Assembly: GCA_026393895.1 (NCBI GenBank)
Contig: JAPKZG010000013.1
Location: forward strand, 14,556 to 78,555
DNA length: 64,000 nucleotides
Origin: Candidatus Aminicenantes bacterium
GTDB taxonomy: Bacteria; Acidobacteriota; Aminicenantia; Aminicenantales; UBA4085
Direction: 5' to 3'
Positions within the stretch are counted from its first letter, which is position 1, and every line of letters begins with the position of its first letter. The translations under genes were made by a program, and so were the position numbers. The notes under the pieces were generated by a model that worked only from the letters and a program-made list of their open reading frames with translations, was not told the origin of the DNA and did not search any database. Positions 35,156-45,240 of this stretch are shown here, one piece after another.

Positions 35156-36584
35156 TTGCGGCCGTGCCCCGGCTTACGGCGGGAAAAAAGCCGGCGTTCG
35201 GGCTCCACGCCTCGGGCCCGGACAACGCGGCGGTCGCGGTATAAGGCTTGGCCAGAACGGCCACGGTGGCCAGGGAGGCCTTGGTCACGGACACGCAGAA
35301 ATTCAGGTTCAACTTGTCCAGGGTGTCCGTCGTCCGATGATAATAGGGATTCCAATCGGCCGCCGACTCGATGCCGCACAGGGCGTAAAATCCGTAATCC
35401 CAGAACGACCAATGGTCGCTCCAGTCGGCCGAGCCGTCGACGTACTTCGCAATAGGCAGGGGCGCGTAGGTCGCGGCAGTCTGGATAAACTTGCTGCCCA
35501 GCCAATTCGAGGACGAATTGACGTAAATTTCCAGTTTTTTTCGAGTCGCATCGGTATACGAAACCATGTCCATGTTGATGACCCCGACGATTTTTTCGCC
35601 GCGATTCTTGGCCCGCCGGGCATAGTTTTCGCTTCCGTAAAGCCCCCACTCCTCGGCCGAAAAACAGATGAATTTGACGGTATATTCGAAAGACTTGCCG
35701 GCCAGGACGCGGGCGATTTCCAGGACTGCCGCCGTCCCGCTGGCGTTGTCGTCCGCGCCCGGGGCAAGCAGAACGGGCCTGTCGCTGATGGAATCATAAT
35801 GGGCGCAGACGATGACGACCTGCCCCGGATACTTTTTCCCCGGCAACCGGGCGATGACGTTCCGGGTGGAAATCGAACTGCGCGAAAACGTGAACGGCTC
35901 GTAGGAGCAGGAGAGTCCCATCTGAATGAATCGATTGTATAGATAGGTCCCGGCGCTCTGGCAGGTCCCGGTCGAGGTATAGCGCGACTTGAAATTCTGA
36001 AGGCTCTGGATGCTCGCAGTTAGGTTGACTTTGGCGACCTTGGCGACCCACCCGGTAATCCACGGGTCCGAAAGAACGTCCGCCCGGGCTTCCGGGGGTT
36101 CCGCGACCGCCTTGCCCGGCCGCGACCAGGCGATCTGGCGATCGAGCCAGAGCCTTTTAATTTTAAAAACGGACGGCAGGATTTCCCTGGCCTCGGCAGC
36201 CCCGGACCAGAACAGACAGGTCCGCTCGTCCAGGGAGACCGCCGTTCCGAATTTTTTAAGGACGTCGGGATCCCCCGGCCTCGGCGTATAAACCAGAAAG
36301 TATGCTTTTCCGTCAGCATCGCCGTCCAGGACCTTGCCGGAAATCCCAAGGCCGGCCAGGCCGTCCCAACGGGAGGAAGGCACGACCGCGATCAGGGAGG
36401 TCCGAAGTTCCTGGACGATAAGGATGTCGGCTTCCATCTCCACCGGAATTCTTTCCGCGTCCGTTTTTTCGATCCGGACAAGAACCGTGTCTTCCGAAGG
36501 AACGGCGAAAACGAGGAGACAAAGAAAGATCATCGCCGGGACGGCCGCACCCCAAACCCGCCGGCGGACGCTCATTCGGATCAT
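35139..36584 (-). CDS. M28-family zinc aminopeptidase (secreted)
   Basis: Signal peptide; 'CAHYDSI', 'GADDNASGTAAVLE', 'FSAEEWGLYGS' M28 metal-ligand motifs. Confidence 0.75.
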   Translation of the reverse strand: MIRMSVRRRVWGAAVPAMIFLCLLVFAVPSEDTVLVRIEKTDAERIPVEMEADILIVQELRTSLIAVVPSSRWDGLAGLGISGKVLDGDADGKAYFLVYTPRPGDPDVLKKFGTAVSLDERTCLFWSGAAEAREILPSVFKIKRLWLDRQIAWSRPGKAVAEPPEARADVLSDPWITGWVAKVAKVNLTASIQSLQNFKSRYTSTGTCQSAGTYLYNRFIQMGLSCSYEPFTFSRSSISTRNVIARLPGKKYPGQVVIVCAHYDSISDRPVLLAPGADDNASGTAAVLEIARVLAGKSFEYTVKFICFSAEEWGLYGSENYARRAKNRGEKIVGVINMDMVSYTDATRKKLEIYVNSSSNWLGSKFIQTAATYAPLPIAKYVDGSADWSDHWSFWDYGFYALCGIESAADWNPYYHRTTDTLDKLNLNFCVSVTKASLATVAVLAKPYTATAALSGPEAWSPNAGFFPAVSRGTAAISKEP

Positions 36585-36610
36585 TTTTCCTCCTCTGCGT
36601 TTTCCCGCCG

Positions 36611-37099
36611 TCAAGTCCGAACCGCGCCGAACGTCAACCCCATGACGACGGCGTCCTCGGCGGGATTCGAATAATATTCCTTCCGGAGGCCGATCGGTTT
36701 GAATCCGAGCTTGTCATAAAGAGTCCGGGCGGCGATGTTTCCGGCCCGGACTTCCAGCGAGATGAATTGAATGCCTTGTTCTTCCAGAATGTCGAGCATG
36801 CCGCGGAGCATGTCCTCGGCGATCCGGCGCCGCCGGTAATCGGGATGAACGGCGATGTTATTGATCTGAACTTCGTCACGTATGATCCAGTAGATGAGGT
36901 ATCCGAGGATCCTGTCCGTCGTCTCATCCGTCGCGACGATGGGATTCGAAAGCCCGATGTTCTGGATTTCCCCCTCAAATGTCGAAGACAGCCAGGGATT
37001 GGAGAACGACAGGCGTTCGATTTTGAGCACCTCGGGGAGGTCTCGGAGGGACATCCGGCGCAGACGAATGTTTTTTGAGCCGGCGGAAGTTTCCATCAA
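36611..37099 (-). CDS. rimI: ribosomal-protein-alanine N-acetyltransferase (GNAT)
   Basis: GNAT motifs 'INNIAVHPDYRRRRIAEDML'; overlaps tsaB stop (operon rimI-tsaB context). Confidence 0.75.
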   Translation of the reverse strand: MMETSAGSKNIRLRRMSLRDLPEVLKIERLSFSNPWLSSTFEGEIQNIGLSNPIVATDETTDRILGYLIYWIIRDEVQINNIAVHPDYRRRRIAEDMLRGMLDILEEQGIQFISLEVRAGNIAARTLYDKLGFKPIGLRKEYYSNPAEDAVVMGLTFGAVRT

Positions 37100-37776
37100 C
37101 GGCCTTCTTCGGCCTGGGATCGCCTCAGATAGAGAGGCTCAAGTTTGTCGGGCGCAATCCCTTTCCCCGCGGCGATGATTCCGGCGCCGAGGAGCCCGAC
37201 CTCGGGAGCGATGAACGGAGTTCGCGGGGAAAGGACCGCCTTGTCTTTTCGGCCGCCGTCCATCGCCGAAACGAGGAGCGGGTATCCGCCCCCGATAAAA
37301 AGGATTTTCCGGCCTTTGGGAAGAAGCTTTAATAACCGTTCCGGGGTGTACGCGCCTTCCGGAACGAGGGCCTTCATTTTCGTTTTTTCGAACGAATACA
37401 AGGCCGCGTATATTTCACCTTTTTTCGCGTCATGGAGGGGACAAACCGACGGAACGCCGTCATTTCGGAGTTTCCAGGCCATGGCCCGGAGGGAAGAAAC
37501 GGGCGCGACCGGTTTTCCCGAAGCGAAGGCGAACGCCTGGATAGTGCTGAGGCCGATGCGGATTCCCGTGAACGAGCCCGGACCGGGCGTGACGGCGAAT
37601 CCGTCCAATTCGGCCAGGGTCCAACGGAGGGATTTGAGAAGAACGTCGATTGAAGCCGGAAGACGGGCCGAATGCGTCCCGAAGGAATCGACCCCGATCT
37701 CCGCCCGGACCCGGCCGTCTTCGACAAGCGCCGCCGACCCGCTCCCCGTCGTCGTGTCGACCGCTAAAATCCGCAT
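37096..37776 (-). CDS. tsaB: tRNA threonylcarbamoyladenosine biosynthesis protein TsaB (YeaZ)
   Basis: 'MRILAVDTTTGSGSAAL', 'GPGSFTGIRIGLS'; ORF-track N-terminal extension overlaps leuD and is spurious. Confidence 0.8.
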   Translation of the reverse strand: MRILAVDTTTGSGSAALVEDGRVRAEIGVDSFGTHSARLPASIDVLLKSLRWTLAELDGFAVTPGPGSFTGIRIGLSTIQAFAFASGKPVAPVSSLRAMAWKLRNDGVPSVCPLHDAKKGEIYAALYSFEKTKMKALVPEGAYTPERLLKLLPKGRKILFIGGGYPLLVSAMDGGRKDKAVLSPRTPFIAPEVGLLGAGIIAAGKGIAPDKLEPLYLRRSQAEEGR

Positions 37777-37784
37777 TGGACGGA

Positions 37785-38318
37785 TCAGCTCCTCTTTAAC
37801 CGGAAGACGTTCCCCGCCTCGTAGATTTCGGCCTGGATGGCGCTCATCGGCTCGAAGGAAATCGATTCGTTCCGGGTGACGTTGCGGCCCCGGCCGGAGG
37901 AAAGGTCGATTTCGATTTCGTCGCCGGAGCGGAGGAGGCCTTCGGCCGCCGGCCGTTCCAGGCCTTCGCTGCGCAGGACGGGAAAGCCGGCGTTGACCGC
38001 GTTGCGGAAATAGATCGCCGAGAACGACGGCGCCATGATCCCCTTGACGCCCAGGGCGACGAAACAATCCACCGCCTGCTGGCGCGAGGACCCCGCCCCG
38101 AAATTGCGGCCGGCGACGAGAATGTCGCCCGGTTTGGCTTTTTGGGGGAAGTCCTTCCAGCCCTCGAGGTTTCCCAGGGCATAAGCCCCCATTTGGGAAA
38201 TTTCGGTGATGTGAAGATGGGAGTTGTGAAAGATCTGATCGGTGTCGATGTCTTCGATGAGCCGGCCGTCGGGCCAAGCCAGGACCCAGACCCGGCCGCG
38301 GAGGATCTGGCTGCGCAT
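37785..38318 (-). CDS. leuD: 3-isopropylmalate dehydratase small subunit-like (LeuD/aconitase swivel domain)
   Basis: 'VLAWPDGR..IDTDQI', 'AGRNFGAGSSRQQA'; 177 aa. Confidence 0.75.
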   Translation of the reverse strand: MRSQILRGRVWVLAWPDGRLIEDIDTDQIFHNSHLHITEISQMGAYALGNLEGWKDFPQKAKPGDILVAGRNFGAGSSRQQAVDCFVALGVKGIMAPSFSAIYFRNAVNAGFPVLRSEGLERPAAEGLLRSGDEIEIDLSSGRGRNVTRNESISFEPMSAIQAEIYEAGNVFRLKRS

Positions 38319-38319
38319 G

Positions 38320-39570
38320 TCAAATCTCCCCGGGCGAGACGATTTCGCCCTTGACGCAGGAGGCGGCTACGGTCACGGGCGAAGCCAGATAAACCGAACC
38401 TTTCCCCTGCTTGCCCGGAAAATTCCGGTTTCCGGTGCTGATTTCGACCTCGCCTTTTCCCGTCAATCCGGCGTGGCCTTCAGCGCACCCGCCGCATCCC
38501 GGATTAAGAACGATGGCCCCGCTTTCGAACAACGTTTTCAGGATCCCCGTGGACAGAATATCCTCGTAAACCCGGCGGGTGGCCGGGACGACCTTAAGCA
38601 TGACGCCCGGCCGAATTTTCCGACCGCGGAGGACCGCGGCCGCGGCGGCCAGGTCCTCGATCCGGCCGTTGGTGCAGGATCCGATGAAACCGGAATCGAT
38701 CCGGACGCCCCGGGCTTCCGAGACGGGTTTCACCGTGTTGGGGGACGGAGGAACGGCGATTTGGGGTTCGAGGCCGTCGACGTTCACTTCAATCGTATCG
38801 GCGTATCGCGCGTCCGGATCGGCGGCGACCGGTGGCTCTCCGGCGGAGGCAAACGCGGCGGCGGATTTCCCGGGGTTGACGATTTCCTCCGGGATGAAGC
38901 CGATGATTCCAGCCATCTCGGTGATCATGCTGCAGAGCGTGATTCGGCCGGCCAGGTCGAGAGCACGGACGGCCGGCCCGTAGAATTCGGCCGAGCGGAG
39001 GGCGATTTTCGACGTTCCGAGCTTCAGGCAGAGAAAGAGGGCTAAATCCTTGGCCGTCGCCCGCGGCGACGGGTTTCCCTTGAGAACGACGTTGACGCTT
39101 TCCGGAACTTCAAACCACGTTTTTCCCATCCGGAAGGCGAAGGTGATGTCGATGTCGCCCATCCCCTGGCCGAAGCACCCGATCGCCCCGAGGATGTTCA
39201 TGTGACTGTCCGTACCGACGGCCGTTCCGCCGGGGCGGGCCAGCCCCTCTTCCATCAGGACATGCGAGCCGATGCCCTGGTCCACATCGTAAACGCGCAC
39301 CCCGCGCTTGCGGGCGAAAACGCGGCAGGCCTGCTGGTTGTCGGCGTATTTCAGCGTGCAGGCCGGAGCGCAGAGGTCGAAGGTGAAGACCGTCCGGGCC
39401 GGATCGTCGAGGGCGGCCCCGCCGTATTCCCGTTCGTAGTTCTTGACGACGTTCGGGCCGCCGAAATCGCGGGCGGACCGGACATCCAGGTCCATCCAGA
39501 CGATCCGGCCGGCGGAGACGTCCTCCCGCGAGTGAGCCTGAATGATCTTTTCGATGACGGTCTTGGCCAC
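38320..39570 (-). CDS. leuC: 3-isopropylmalate dehydratase large subunit-like (aconitase family, archaeal-type LeuC/HACN)
   Basis: 'GTDSHM', 'GSCTNGR', 'NPGCGGC' Fe-S cluster ligand motifs; 416 aa. Confidence 0.75.
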   Translation of the reverse strand: MAKTVIEKIIQAHSREDVSAGRIVWMDLDVRSARDFGGPNVVKNYEREYGGAALDDPARTVFTFDLCAPACTLKYADNQQACRVFARKRGVRVYDVDQGIGSHVLMEEGLARPGGTAVGTDSHMNILGAIGCFGQGMGDIDITFAFRMGKTWFEVPESVNVVLKGNPSPRATAKDLALFLCLKLGTSKIALRSAEFYGPAVRALDLAGRITLCSMITEMAGIIGFIPEEIVNPGKSAAAFASAGEPPVAADPDARYADTIEVNVDGLEPQIAVPPSPNTVKPVSEARGVRIDSGFIGSCTNGRIEDLAAAAAVLRGRKIRPGVMLKVVPATRRVYEDILSTGILKTLFESGAIVLNPGCGGCAEGHAGLTGKGEVEISTGNRNFPGKQGKGSVYLASPVTVAASCVKGEIVSPGEI

Positions 39571-39588
39571 GGGAGCTCCCCCCTCCGG

Positions 39589-40704
39589 TCACAACTTGGC
39601 GACGACGGCCTGCCCCATCTCGAGCGACGTGGACTTGCCGCCCATGTCGTAGGTCCGCGCCTTGCCTTCCTTGATGACTTCGGCCACCGCCCCGTCCAGG
39701 GCCCTGGCCTTGGCCGTTTCTCCCAGCCATTCGAGCATCAGCTCGGCCGCCAGAAACGTGGCGATCGGGTTGACCTTGTACATCCCGGCGTATTTCGGGG
39801 CGGAGCCGTGGGTCGGTTCGAACACGGCGTAGTCGGTTCCGATGTTGCCGCTGCAGGCAAAGCCCAGGCCGCCGACCAGCTGGGCCGCCAGGTCGGAGAT
39901 GATATCGCCGAAGAGGTTTTCGGCGACGAGGATTTCGTAGTCGAACGGATTTTTCAGGAGCCACATGCAGATCGCGTCGACGTTGGCGTCCTTGAAGACG
40001 ATGTCGGGAAATTCCTTCGCCACTTCACGGGCGGTTTCCAGCATCAGGCCGCCGGTCTCCCGCAAGACGTTCGGTTTTTCGACGAGGGTGACTGACTTGC
40101 GGTTTTTCGCCCGGGCATACTCGAATGCGGCCTTGACGATCCGGCGGCAGCCGTTTTTCGTCATGATCCGGGTGGAGACGGCGATCTCCTCGGCCGGGAC
40201 GTTGGCGAACGGCTTGAATTTCGAATGCGTCGCCAAGGCGCTCCGGACGACGTCCGGAAGGGGGCGGAACTCGACCCCGGCGTACGACCCTTCGGTGTTC
40301 TCGCGGAAAATGACGAGGTCGATGTTTTCCTTGTAGTTAAGCGGGTTTCCCGGGTAGGCCTTGCAGGGCCGGAGGTTCGTGTACAGGTCGAACTCCTGGC
40401 GGAGGCGGACGATGGGACTGAAATAGGACAAACCCTTGCCCCGGAGCGAAGGATCGAGCTCGGCGGCTGCATCCTCCTTGGGTTTCGAGGTGATTGCCCC
40501 GAAGAGGCAGGCGTCGGTTTCCTTGAGAAGTTTTTTGGTCCTGTCGGGGAGCGCGTTTCCTTCCTTGCGCCAGAAATCCCAGCCGATGTCGCCGTAGATA
40601 TATTCGGCGTCGACGGCCAGTTTTCTCAAAACGGGCATCGTCGCTTCGATGACGTCCTTGCCGACCCCGTCGCCGGGGAGAATCGCGATTCGATACTTCG
40701 CCAT
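39589..40704 (-). CDS. leuB: 3-isopropylmalate/isocitrate dehydrogenase family
   Basis: 'IAILPGDGVG', 'NLFGDIISDLAAQLVGGLG'; start at 40704 (ORF-track N-terminal extension spurious). Confidence 0.75.
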   Translation of the reverse strand: MAKYRIAILPGDGVGKDVIEATMPVLRKLAVDAEYIYGDIGWDFWRKEGNALPDRTKKLLKETDACLFGAITSKPKEDAAAELDPSLRGKGLSYFSPIVRLRQEFDLYTNLRPCKAYPGNPLNYKENIDLVIFRENTEGSYAGVEFRPLPDVVRSALATHSKFKPFANVPAEEIAVSTRIMTKNGCRRIVKAAFEYARAKNRKSVTLVEKPNVLRETGGLMLETAREVAKEFPDIVFKDANVDAICMWLLKNPFDYEILVAENLFGDIISDLAAQLVGGLGFACSGNIGTDYAVFEPTHGSAPKYAGMYKVNPIATFLAAELMLEWLGETAKARALDGAVAEVIKEGKARTYDMGGKSTSLEMGQAVVAKL

Positions 40705-40924
40705 GGAAAACTCCTCGTAATGATTGCGCGCCCTAAACGCGCCCCGAAATTTTAACACAGAACGCCGGCCGCGGCGAATTCCGGCCAAAAGCCGGACCGC
40801 TTCTACTCCTCCATGATTGATTTGATCCGGATTGATTTTGTTCTTAGTCCGGATAACGCTGGCCTTCACCTGCAGCCGCACAGCGGCTGGCAGGTGCAAG
40901 GCCTTGTTGGACAGGACCGTGCAA

Positions 40925-41701
40925 CTATCGTACAGTCAGCTCCCCGAGGTAGAAATGGACTTCACCATTATTGTCTGCCGCCGATGCTGACCATGCGAAA
41001 GCACCGATAACGTTGGAGAGATCTGCTCCTGAGAGATCGACTCGGTATTCCTGCCAGGTGGGCTGCAGACGGATGACGTCCAGGGACCGCTCATAGGTAT
41101 CAGAGTACTTCTTGCCCCGAACACCCCCAGACTTGAACTCAATAAGCTCGCCACCTCGTCCCCCCTTGGCACGGAAGGTGATGGCCCTCGCACCCACTAA
41201 GCTCTTGCCAGGGAAGTTACCCCAGTTCTTATCGGGATAGAGCCAGTAGATTCCAGCCGAGCCGTTCGGTCCAGCGCTGTATTTCACCTCGATGTAGATT
41301 CCTCCCTCCATATCCGGTGAAGCCTTGCGCGCTAAAGTTAAGTACTTCGTTCCATATTCGCCATCACCCATCCAGCCCGAGGGATAGAACTGTGTGTCGA
41401 GCTGGAATGGTAGAGGTGCTTTTACCTCGAGACCGGCCTTTTGGACGATCGCTGCGGCATCGTCTTCTGATAGGTACCGAGTGAGCTCTGTGGGCGTGAT
41501 TCTGCCCTCGGAAGTGCCGCGTTGCAGCAGCTCGAAGGCCCTGCGGTTCCTTTCTTTCTCCGTCTGAAGTTCACGCTCGCACACCGTAAGAGTGTTTCTT
41601 GTGTCCATATAGTTGAGAACAAAGGTGACAAGCGCTCCAATGGCCACAAGCCCCGCGAGAATAGCTCCACTAAGTTCCAGGACCTTGCGCCGATCCTTCA
41701 T
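40925..41701 (-). CDS. membrane-anchored hypothetical protein in lower-GC insert
   Basis: N-terminal TM 'VLELSGAILAGLVAIGALVTFVL'; noticeably lower GC than flanks. Confidence 0.4.
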   Translation of the reverse strand: MKDRRKVLELSGAILAGLVAIGALVTFVLNYMDTRNTLTVCERELQTEKERNRRAFELLQRGTSEGRITPTELTRYLSEDDAAAIVQKAGLEVKAPLPFQLDTQFYPSGWMGDGEYGTKYLTLARKASPDMEGGIYIEVKYSAGPNGSAGIYWLYPDKNWGNFPGKSLVGARAITFRAKGGRGGELIEFKSGGVRGKKYSDTYERSLDVIRLQPTWQEYRVDLSGADLSNVIGAFAWSASAADNNGEVHFYLGELTVR

Positions 41702-42131
41702 CTTTCCTCCTCTGGTTGAACCAATCGTATCGTGCGTGGCATGGCATTTATGCTGTCCAACTATGTTTATATGGGTCCACTTAAAAACCTAAACACCGCA
41801 TTTTGTGCCGTATAAACCTCCTTTGAAACATTAATTGGATCGACCATAACCTTTGGAATGTCAGCCGGTTGTGGCCAAGTGCCTTTATTATTAAGGCAAT
41901 TTATACGGATCAGCATAAAATCCTCCATGACATCCTCAAAGAGCATCGACCTGGCGCCGAACACCAGTCTCGCGGGCCAGCACATGCCGATAGAGGAACA
42001 GGAGCGCGCAGAGCGCCTGGTTCTGAGTCGAGGCACGGTTTGAAGATATTCCCCCCGTTAACATGGGCGAAGTTTATCGCACCGATTCAAAGGATGTCAA
42101 GAAAATGGTCGGGGCTGGCCCGTAAAGCCGA

Positions 42132-42620
42132 TTACAATCCGAGCTTCTTCTTCGTGTACTCGATCAACCCGCCGGCCTGGACGATACCGATCACGGATTC
42201 AGGCAAGGGGAAGAATTTAAACGTCCGGTTCCCGCTCGTGATCGTCCCGGCGGAAAAATCAACGTCGATCTCGTCGCCGGAGGCGAGTGAATCGGCCGCC
42301 TCGTCGCATTGGAGAACGGCCAGCCCGAGGTTGATCGCGTTGCGGAAGTAAATCCGGGCGAAGGACTTCGCCACGACGGCCTTCACCCCGGCCGCCCGCA
42401 GGCAGGCGGCCGCCTGCTCCCGGGAGCTCCCGCAGCCGAAGTTTTTGCCGGCGACGATCACGTCGCCCGACTTGACCGACTTGGCGAACTCCGGGTCCAG
42501 ATCCTCCATTGCGTGCCGGGCCATTTCCTCGAGCGGCATCAGCGCGTAAGTGTAGCGTCCCGGGAAAATGACGTCCGTGTTGACATTGTCGCCGTATTTC
42601 CAAACGCGTCCGGTGCTCAT
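42132..42620 (-). CDS. second LeuD-like aconitase-family small subunit
   Basis: '[15 protein letters not shown]'; 162 aa. Confidence 0.75.
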   Translation of the reverse strand: MSTGRVWKYGDNVNTDVIFPGRYTYALMPLEEMARHAMEDLDPEFAKSVKSGDVIVAGKNFGCGSSREQAAACLRAAGVKAVVAKSFARIYFRNAINLGLAVLQCDEAADSLASGDEIDVDFSAGTITSGNRTFKFFPLPESVIGIVQAGGLIEYTKKKLGL

Positions 42621-43870
42621 AAGCGTGTCCTCGGGTCGGTGATTTTTCCCTCAAGGGCCGTGGCCGCCGCCGTCGCCGGCGAGGCCAGGTAGATCTCGGA
42701 ATCCCGGTTTCCCATCCGGCCCCGGAAATTGCGGTTCGACGTCGAAACCACGGTCTCCCCCGCCGCGAGCAGCCCCTCGTGGGCCCCGAGGCACGGACCG
42801 CAGCCGGGATTCATGATCACACACCCCGCCTCGCTCAGTATTTCGATCGTCCCTTTGCGCAGAGCTTCAAGAAAAACCACGCGGGAGGCCGGGAAAACCA
42901 GGGCCCGGGTTTGGGGATGGACCTTCCGCCCCTTGAGGATCCGGGCGGCGATTTCCAGGTCTTCGAGCCGCCCGTTCGTGCAGGTCCCGATGAGGACCTG
43001 CTGGACGGGTTTGCCGGCGACCGCGCTCACGGGCTTGACGTTGTCGACCGTGTGCGGGCAGGCGATCTGCGGTTCGAGCTTCGAAAGATCGTAGGACAAG
43101 ACCGCTTCGTAGGTTGCGCCGGGATCGGAGAGGACCACCTCGAATTCCTGGAGCGTGCGGGCCTTGACCCAGGCGATGGTCAAAGCGTCCGGCTCGAAGT
43201 ATCCGTTCTTGGCTCCCATCTCGGCAGCCATGTTGGCCAGGGTCATCCGCGAGGAAAGGCTGAATTCCCCGGCCGCGGGGCCGGCGAATTCGATCGCCTC
43301 GTAATTCCCCCGGTCGGCGCCCTGATCCCCGATGAGTTTGAGAACGGCGTCCTTGGCGAAAACGCCCTCCGGGAAACGGCCGTGGAACTCCACCCGGAGC
43401 GTTTCGGGAACCCGCAACCAGATTTCGTCGGTCGCCCAGATCGAGGCGGCCTCGGTCCGGCCGATTCCGGCGGCAAACGCTCCGAACGCGCCGTACGTCG
43501 TTGTGTGGGAATCGCTGCCCACGATCACCTTGCCCGGCAGGGCCAACCCGGACTCGGGCAAGACCTGGTGGCAGACACCGTGCTGGATGTCGAAAAAATG
43601 CGGCAGGTTCTGTTCCCGGACGAACTCGCGGATCGTCTTGTGGTTCTGGGCGTATTTCTCATCGGCCGCAGGGACGATATGGTCGAGGATGATGATGATC
43701 TTCTCCGGCGCCTTGACCTGGGGAACGCCGATTTTTTTGAATTCCCCGATGATGGCCGCCGAGTTGTCGTGGGACAGGCAATAATCCGGGGAAATCGTGA
43801 CCACTTCGCCCGCCCGGACGACCCGTCCGGCCTTCCGGCCGAGGATTTTCTCGCTGAAGGTCTGACCCAT
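42617..43870 (-). CDS. second LeuC-like aconitase-family large subunit
   Basis: 'GSDSHT', 'GTCTNGR', 'NPGCGPC'; 417 aa. Confidence 0.75.
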   Translation of the reverse strand: MGQTFSEKILGRKAGRVVRAGEVVTISPDYCLSHDNSAAIIGEFKKIGVPQVKAPEKIIIILDHIVPAADEKYAQNHKTIREFVREQNLPHFFDIQHGVCHQVLPESGLALPGKVIVGSDSHTTTYGAFGAFAAGIGRTEAASIWATDEIWLRVPETLRVEFHGRFPEGVFAKDAVLKLIGDQGADRGNYEAIEFAGPAAGEFSLSSRMTLANMAAEMGAKNGYFEPDALTIAWVKARTLQEFEVVLSDPGATYEAVLSYDLSKLEPQIACPHTVDNVKPVSAVAGKPVQQVLIGTCTNGRLEDLEIAARILKGRKVHPQTRALVFPASRVVFLEALRKGTIEILSEAGCVIMNPGCGPCLGAHEGLLAAGETVVSTSNRNFRGRMGNRDSEIYLASPATAAATALEGKITDPRTRL

Positions 43871-43883
43871 GGAGCGCCCTCTT

Positions 43884-44423
43884 TTATTTAAAGACGTCGA
43901 AATTGACGAAGTCGGCGTGATTCACGATGATCGCCTCGATCGTCCGCCGCCCGCCGTCCCCTTCCTTCGAGTGGGCGGCGATGATATGGACGACTTCCTC
44001 CGGCACTCCGTATTGAAAGGCGAAGGCCGCGCCGGAAATCGGGTGACGCAGAAGTTCGCCGGCCCGGCTCTTGACGAAGACGCCGTTCTCGAGCGCGTAC
44101 TCGAAAAGCTTTCCGACGTCGTGGAGTATCGCCCCGGCCAGGAGGGCGTCGCGGTCCACCCGGACCTTGCCGTGGTATTCCTTATGGAGGACATCGCCGA
44201 TGCCGACGGCGGTCATGGTCACGGACCGGGTGTGTTCGATGAGGCTGACGGCCGTCGTCTTGATGAGGAGCGTGAACGGCATCCGGGTCAGGTCGTATTC
44301 CGACCAACCGCTTTTTTTGACGGCCTCGAACCAGACCTTGAGCGTGAGCTCCTTCAGGCCCGAGTCGGCGATCTGCCCGATCTCGGGCAAAAGTTCGAGA
44401 ATTTTTTCGCGGGAAACGCTCAT
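43884..44423 (-). CDS. HD-domain phosphohydrolase
   Basis: 'GAILHDVGK' HD motif; 179 aa. Confidence 0.65.
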   Translation of the reverse strand: MSVSREKILELLPEIGQIADSGLKELTLKVWFEAVKKSGWSEYDLTRMPFTLLIKTTAVSLIEHTRSVTMTAVGIGDVLHKEYHGKVRVDRDALLAGAILHDVGKLFEYALENGVFVKSRAGELLRHPISGAAFAFQYGVPEEVVHIIAAHSKEGDGGRRTIEAIIVNHADFVNFDVFK

Positions 44424-45205
44424 GGAATCTTCCTTTCAACCGGGCCGTCGTAGACATAATCTTCCGGATCGATTTTCCGCATGGGCTTCATCCGGGTTTT
44501 TTCCTCGTGGACGTGGGCCACGAGTCCCGGGACGCGGGCGATCATGAAAAAGGCGTTGCCGATCTCGGGCGGGATGCTCAGGTCGCAGAACAGGGCGGCG
44601 ATCGCCCCGTCGACGTTGATCGGCAGGGGTTTCCCCAATTGCCCGGCCAGGACGGACTCGGTCAGGCGGGCGATCCGGACATGACGTCCAGCCAGGCCGA
44701 GTTCCTCGGCCAGGCCGAACAATTTCGCCGTCCGGGGGTCTTTCGTATGAAGGCGATGCCCGAAACCCGAGGCCCGTTTGCCCTTGGCCTTCATCTCGTC
44801 CAGAACGGCCTTGACCGCGGCCGTCTCGTCGCCGTCTCCGGCGTCGGCCTTTTGGGCGATGGCCAGAAACATCCTCTGGCCCTCCTCGATCGCTCCGCCG
44901 TGAAAGCGGTTGATCGCCAGGATTCCGGCCGCGACGGCGGCGTTCAATTCCGCGCCGGTCGAGGCGACGGTCCGTGCGGCCAAGGCCGACGGCGGGCTTG
45001 CCCCATGGTCGATGGACGAGACGAAAATCGCGTCAAGGAGCTTTCCGACGGCAGGCGTCGGCAACTCCCCTTTGAGGATGAGATATATGGCCTGGGCGAA
45101 GGTGACCTTCCCCATCAATTCGTCGATGAGATAACCCCGGGCCATGATCCGGTTGGGTTTCACTTCGGTGATCGCCGTCGGCCACTTTTCGGTGTTTTCG
45201 GGCAT
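44420..45205 (-). CDS. citryl-CoA lyase-like (citrate-synthase-fold small domain)
   Basis: 'SGFGHRLHTKDPR' citrate-synthase active-site signature; 262 aa; ORF-track N-terminal extension spurious. Confidence 0.65.
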   Translation of the reverse strand: MPENTEKWPTAITEVKPNRIMARGYLIDELMGKVTFAQAIYLILKGELPTPAVGKLLDAIFVSSIDHGASPPSALAARTVASTGAELNAAVAAGILAINRFHGGAIEEGQRMFLAIAQKADAGDGDETAAVKAVLDEMKAKGKRASGFGHRLHTKDPRTAKLFGLAEELGLAGRHVRIARLTESVLAGQLGKPLPINVDGAIAALFCDLSIPPEIGNAFFMIARVPGLVAHVHEEKTRMKPMRKIDPEDYVYDGPVERKIP

Positions 45206-45240
45206 CGTGATCCTCCTTCGCCTCCCGGCCCTCCGGCCGG

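Noticed and set aside
37096-38277. 393-aa ORF extending tsaB upstream across leuD
   Set aside because: The N-terminal 168 aa are Arg/Pro/Gly low-complexity and overlap the genuine leuD gene. The conserved TsaB N-terminus 'MRILAVDTTT' defines the start at 37776.
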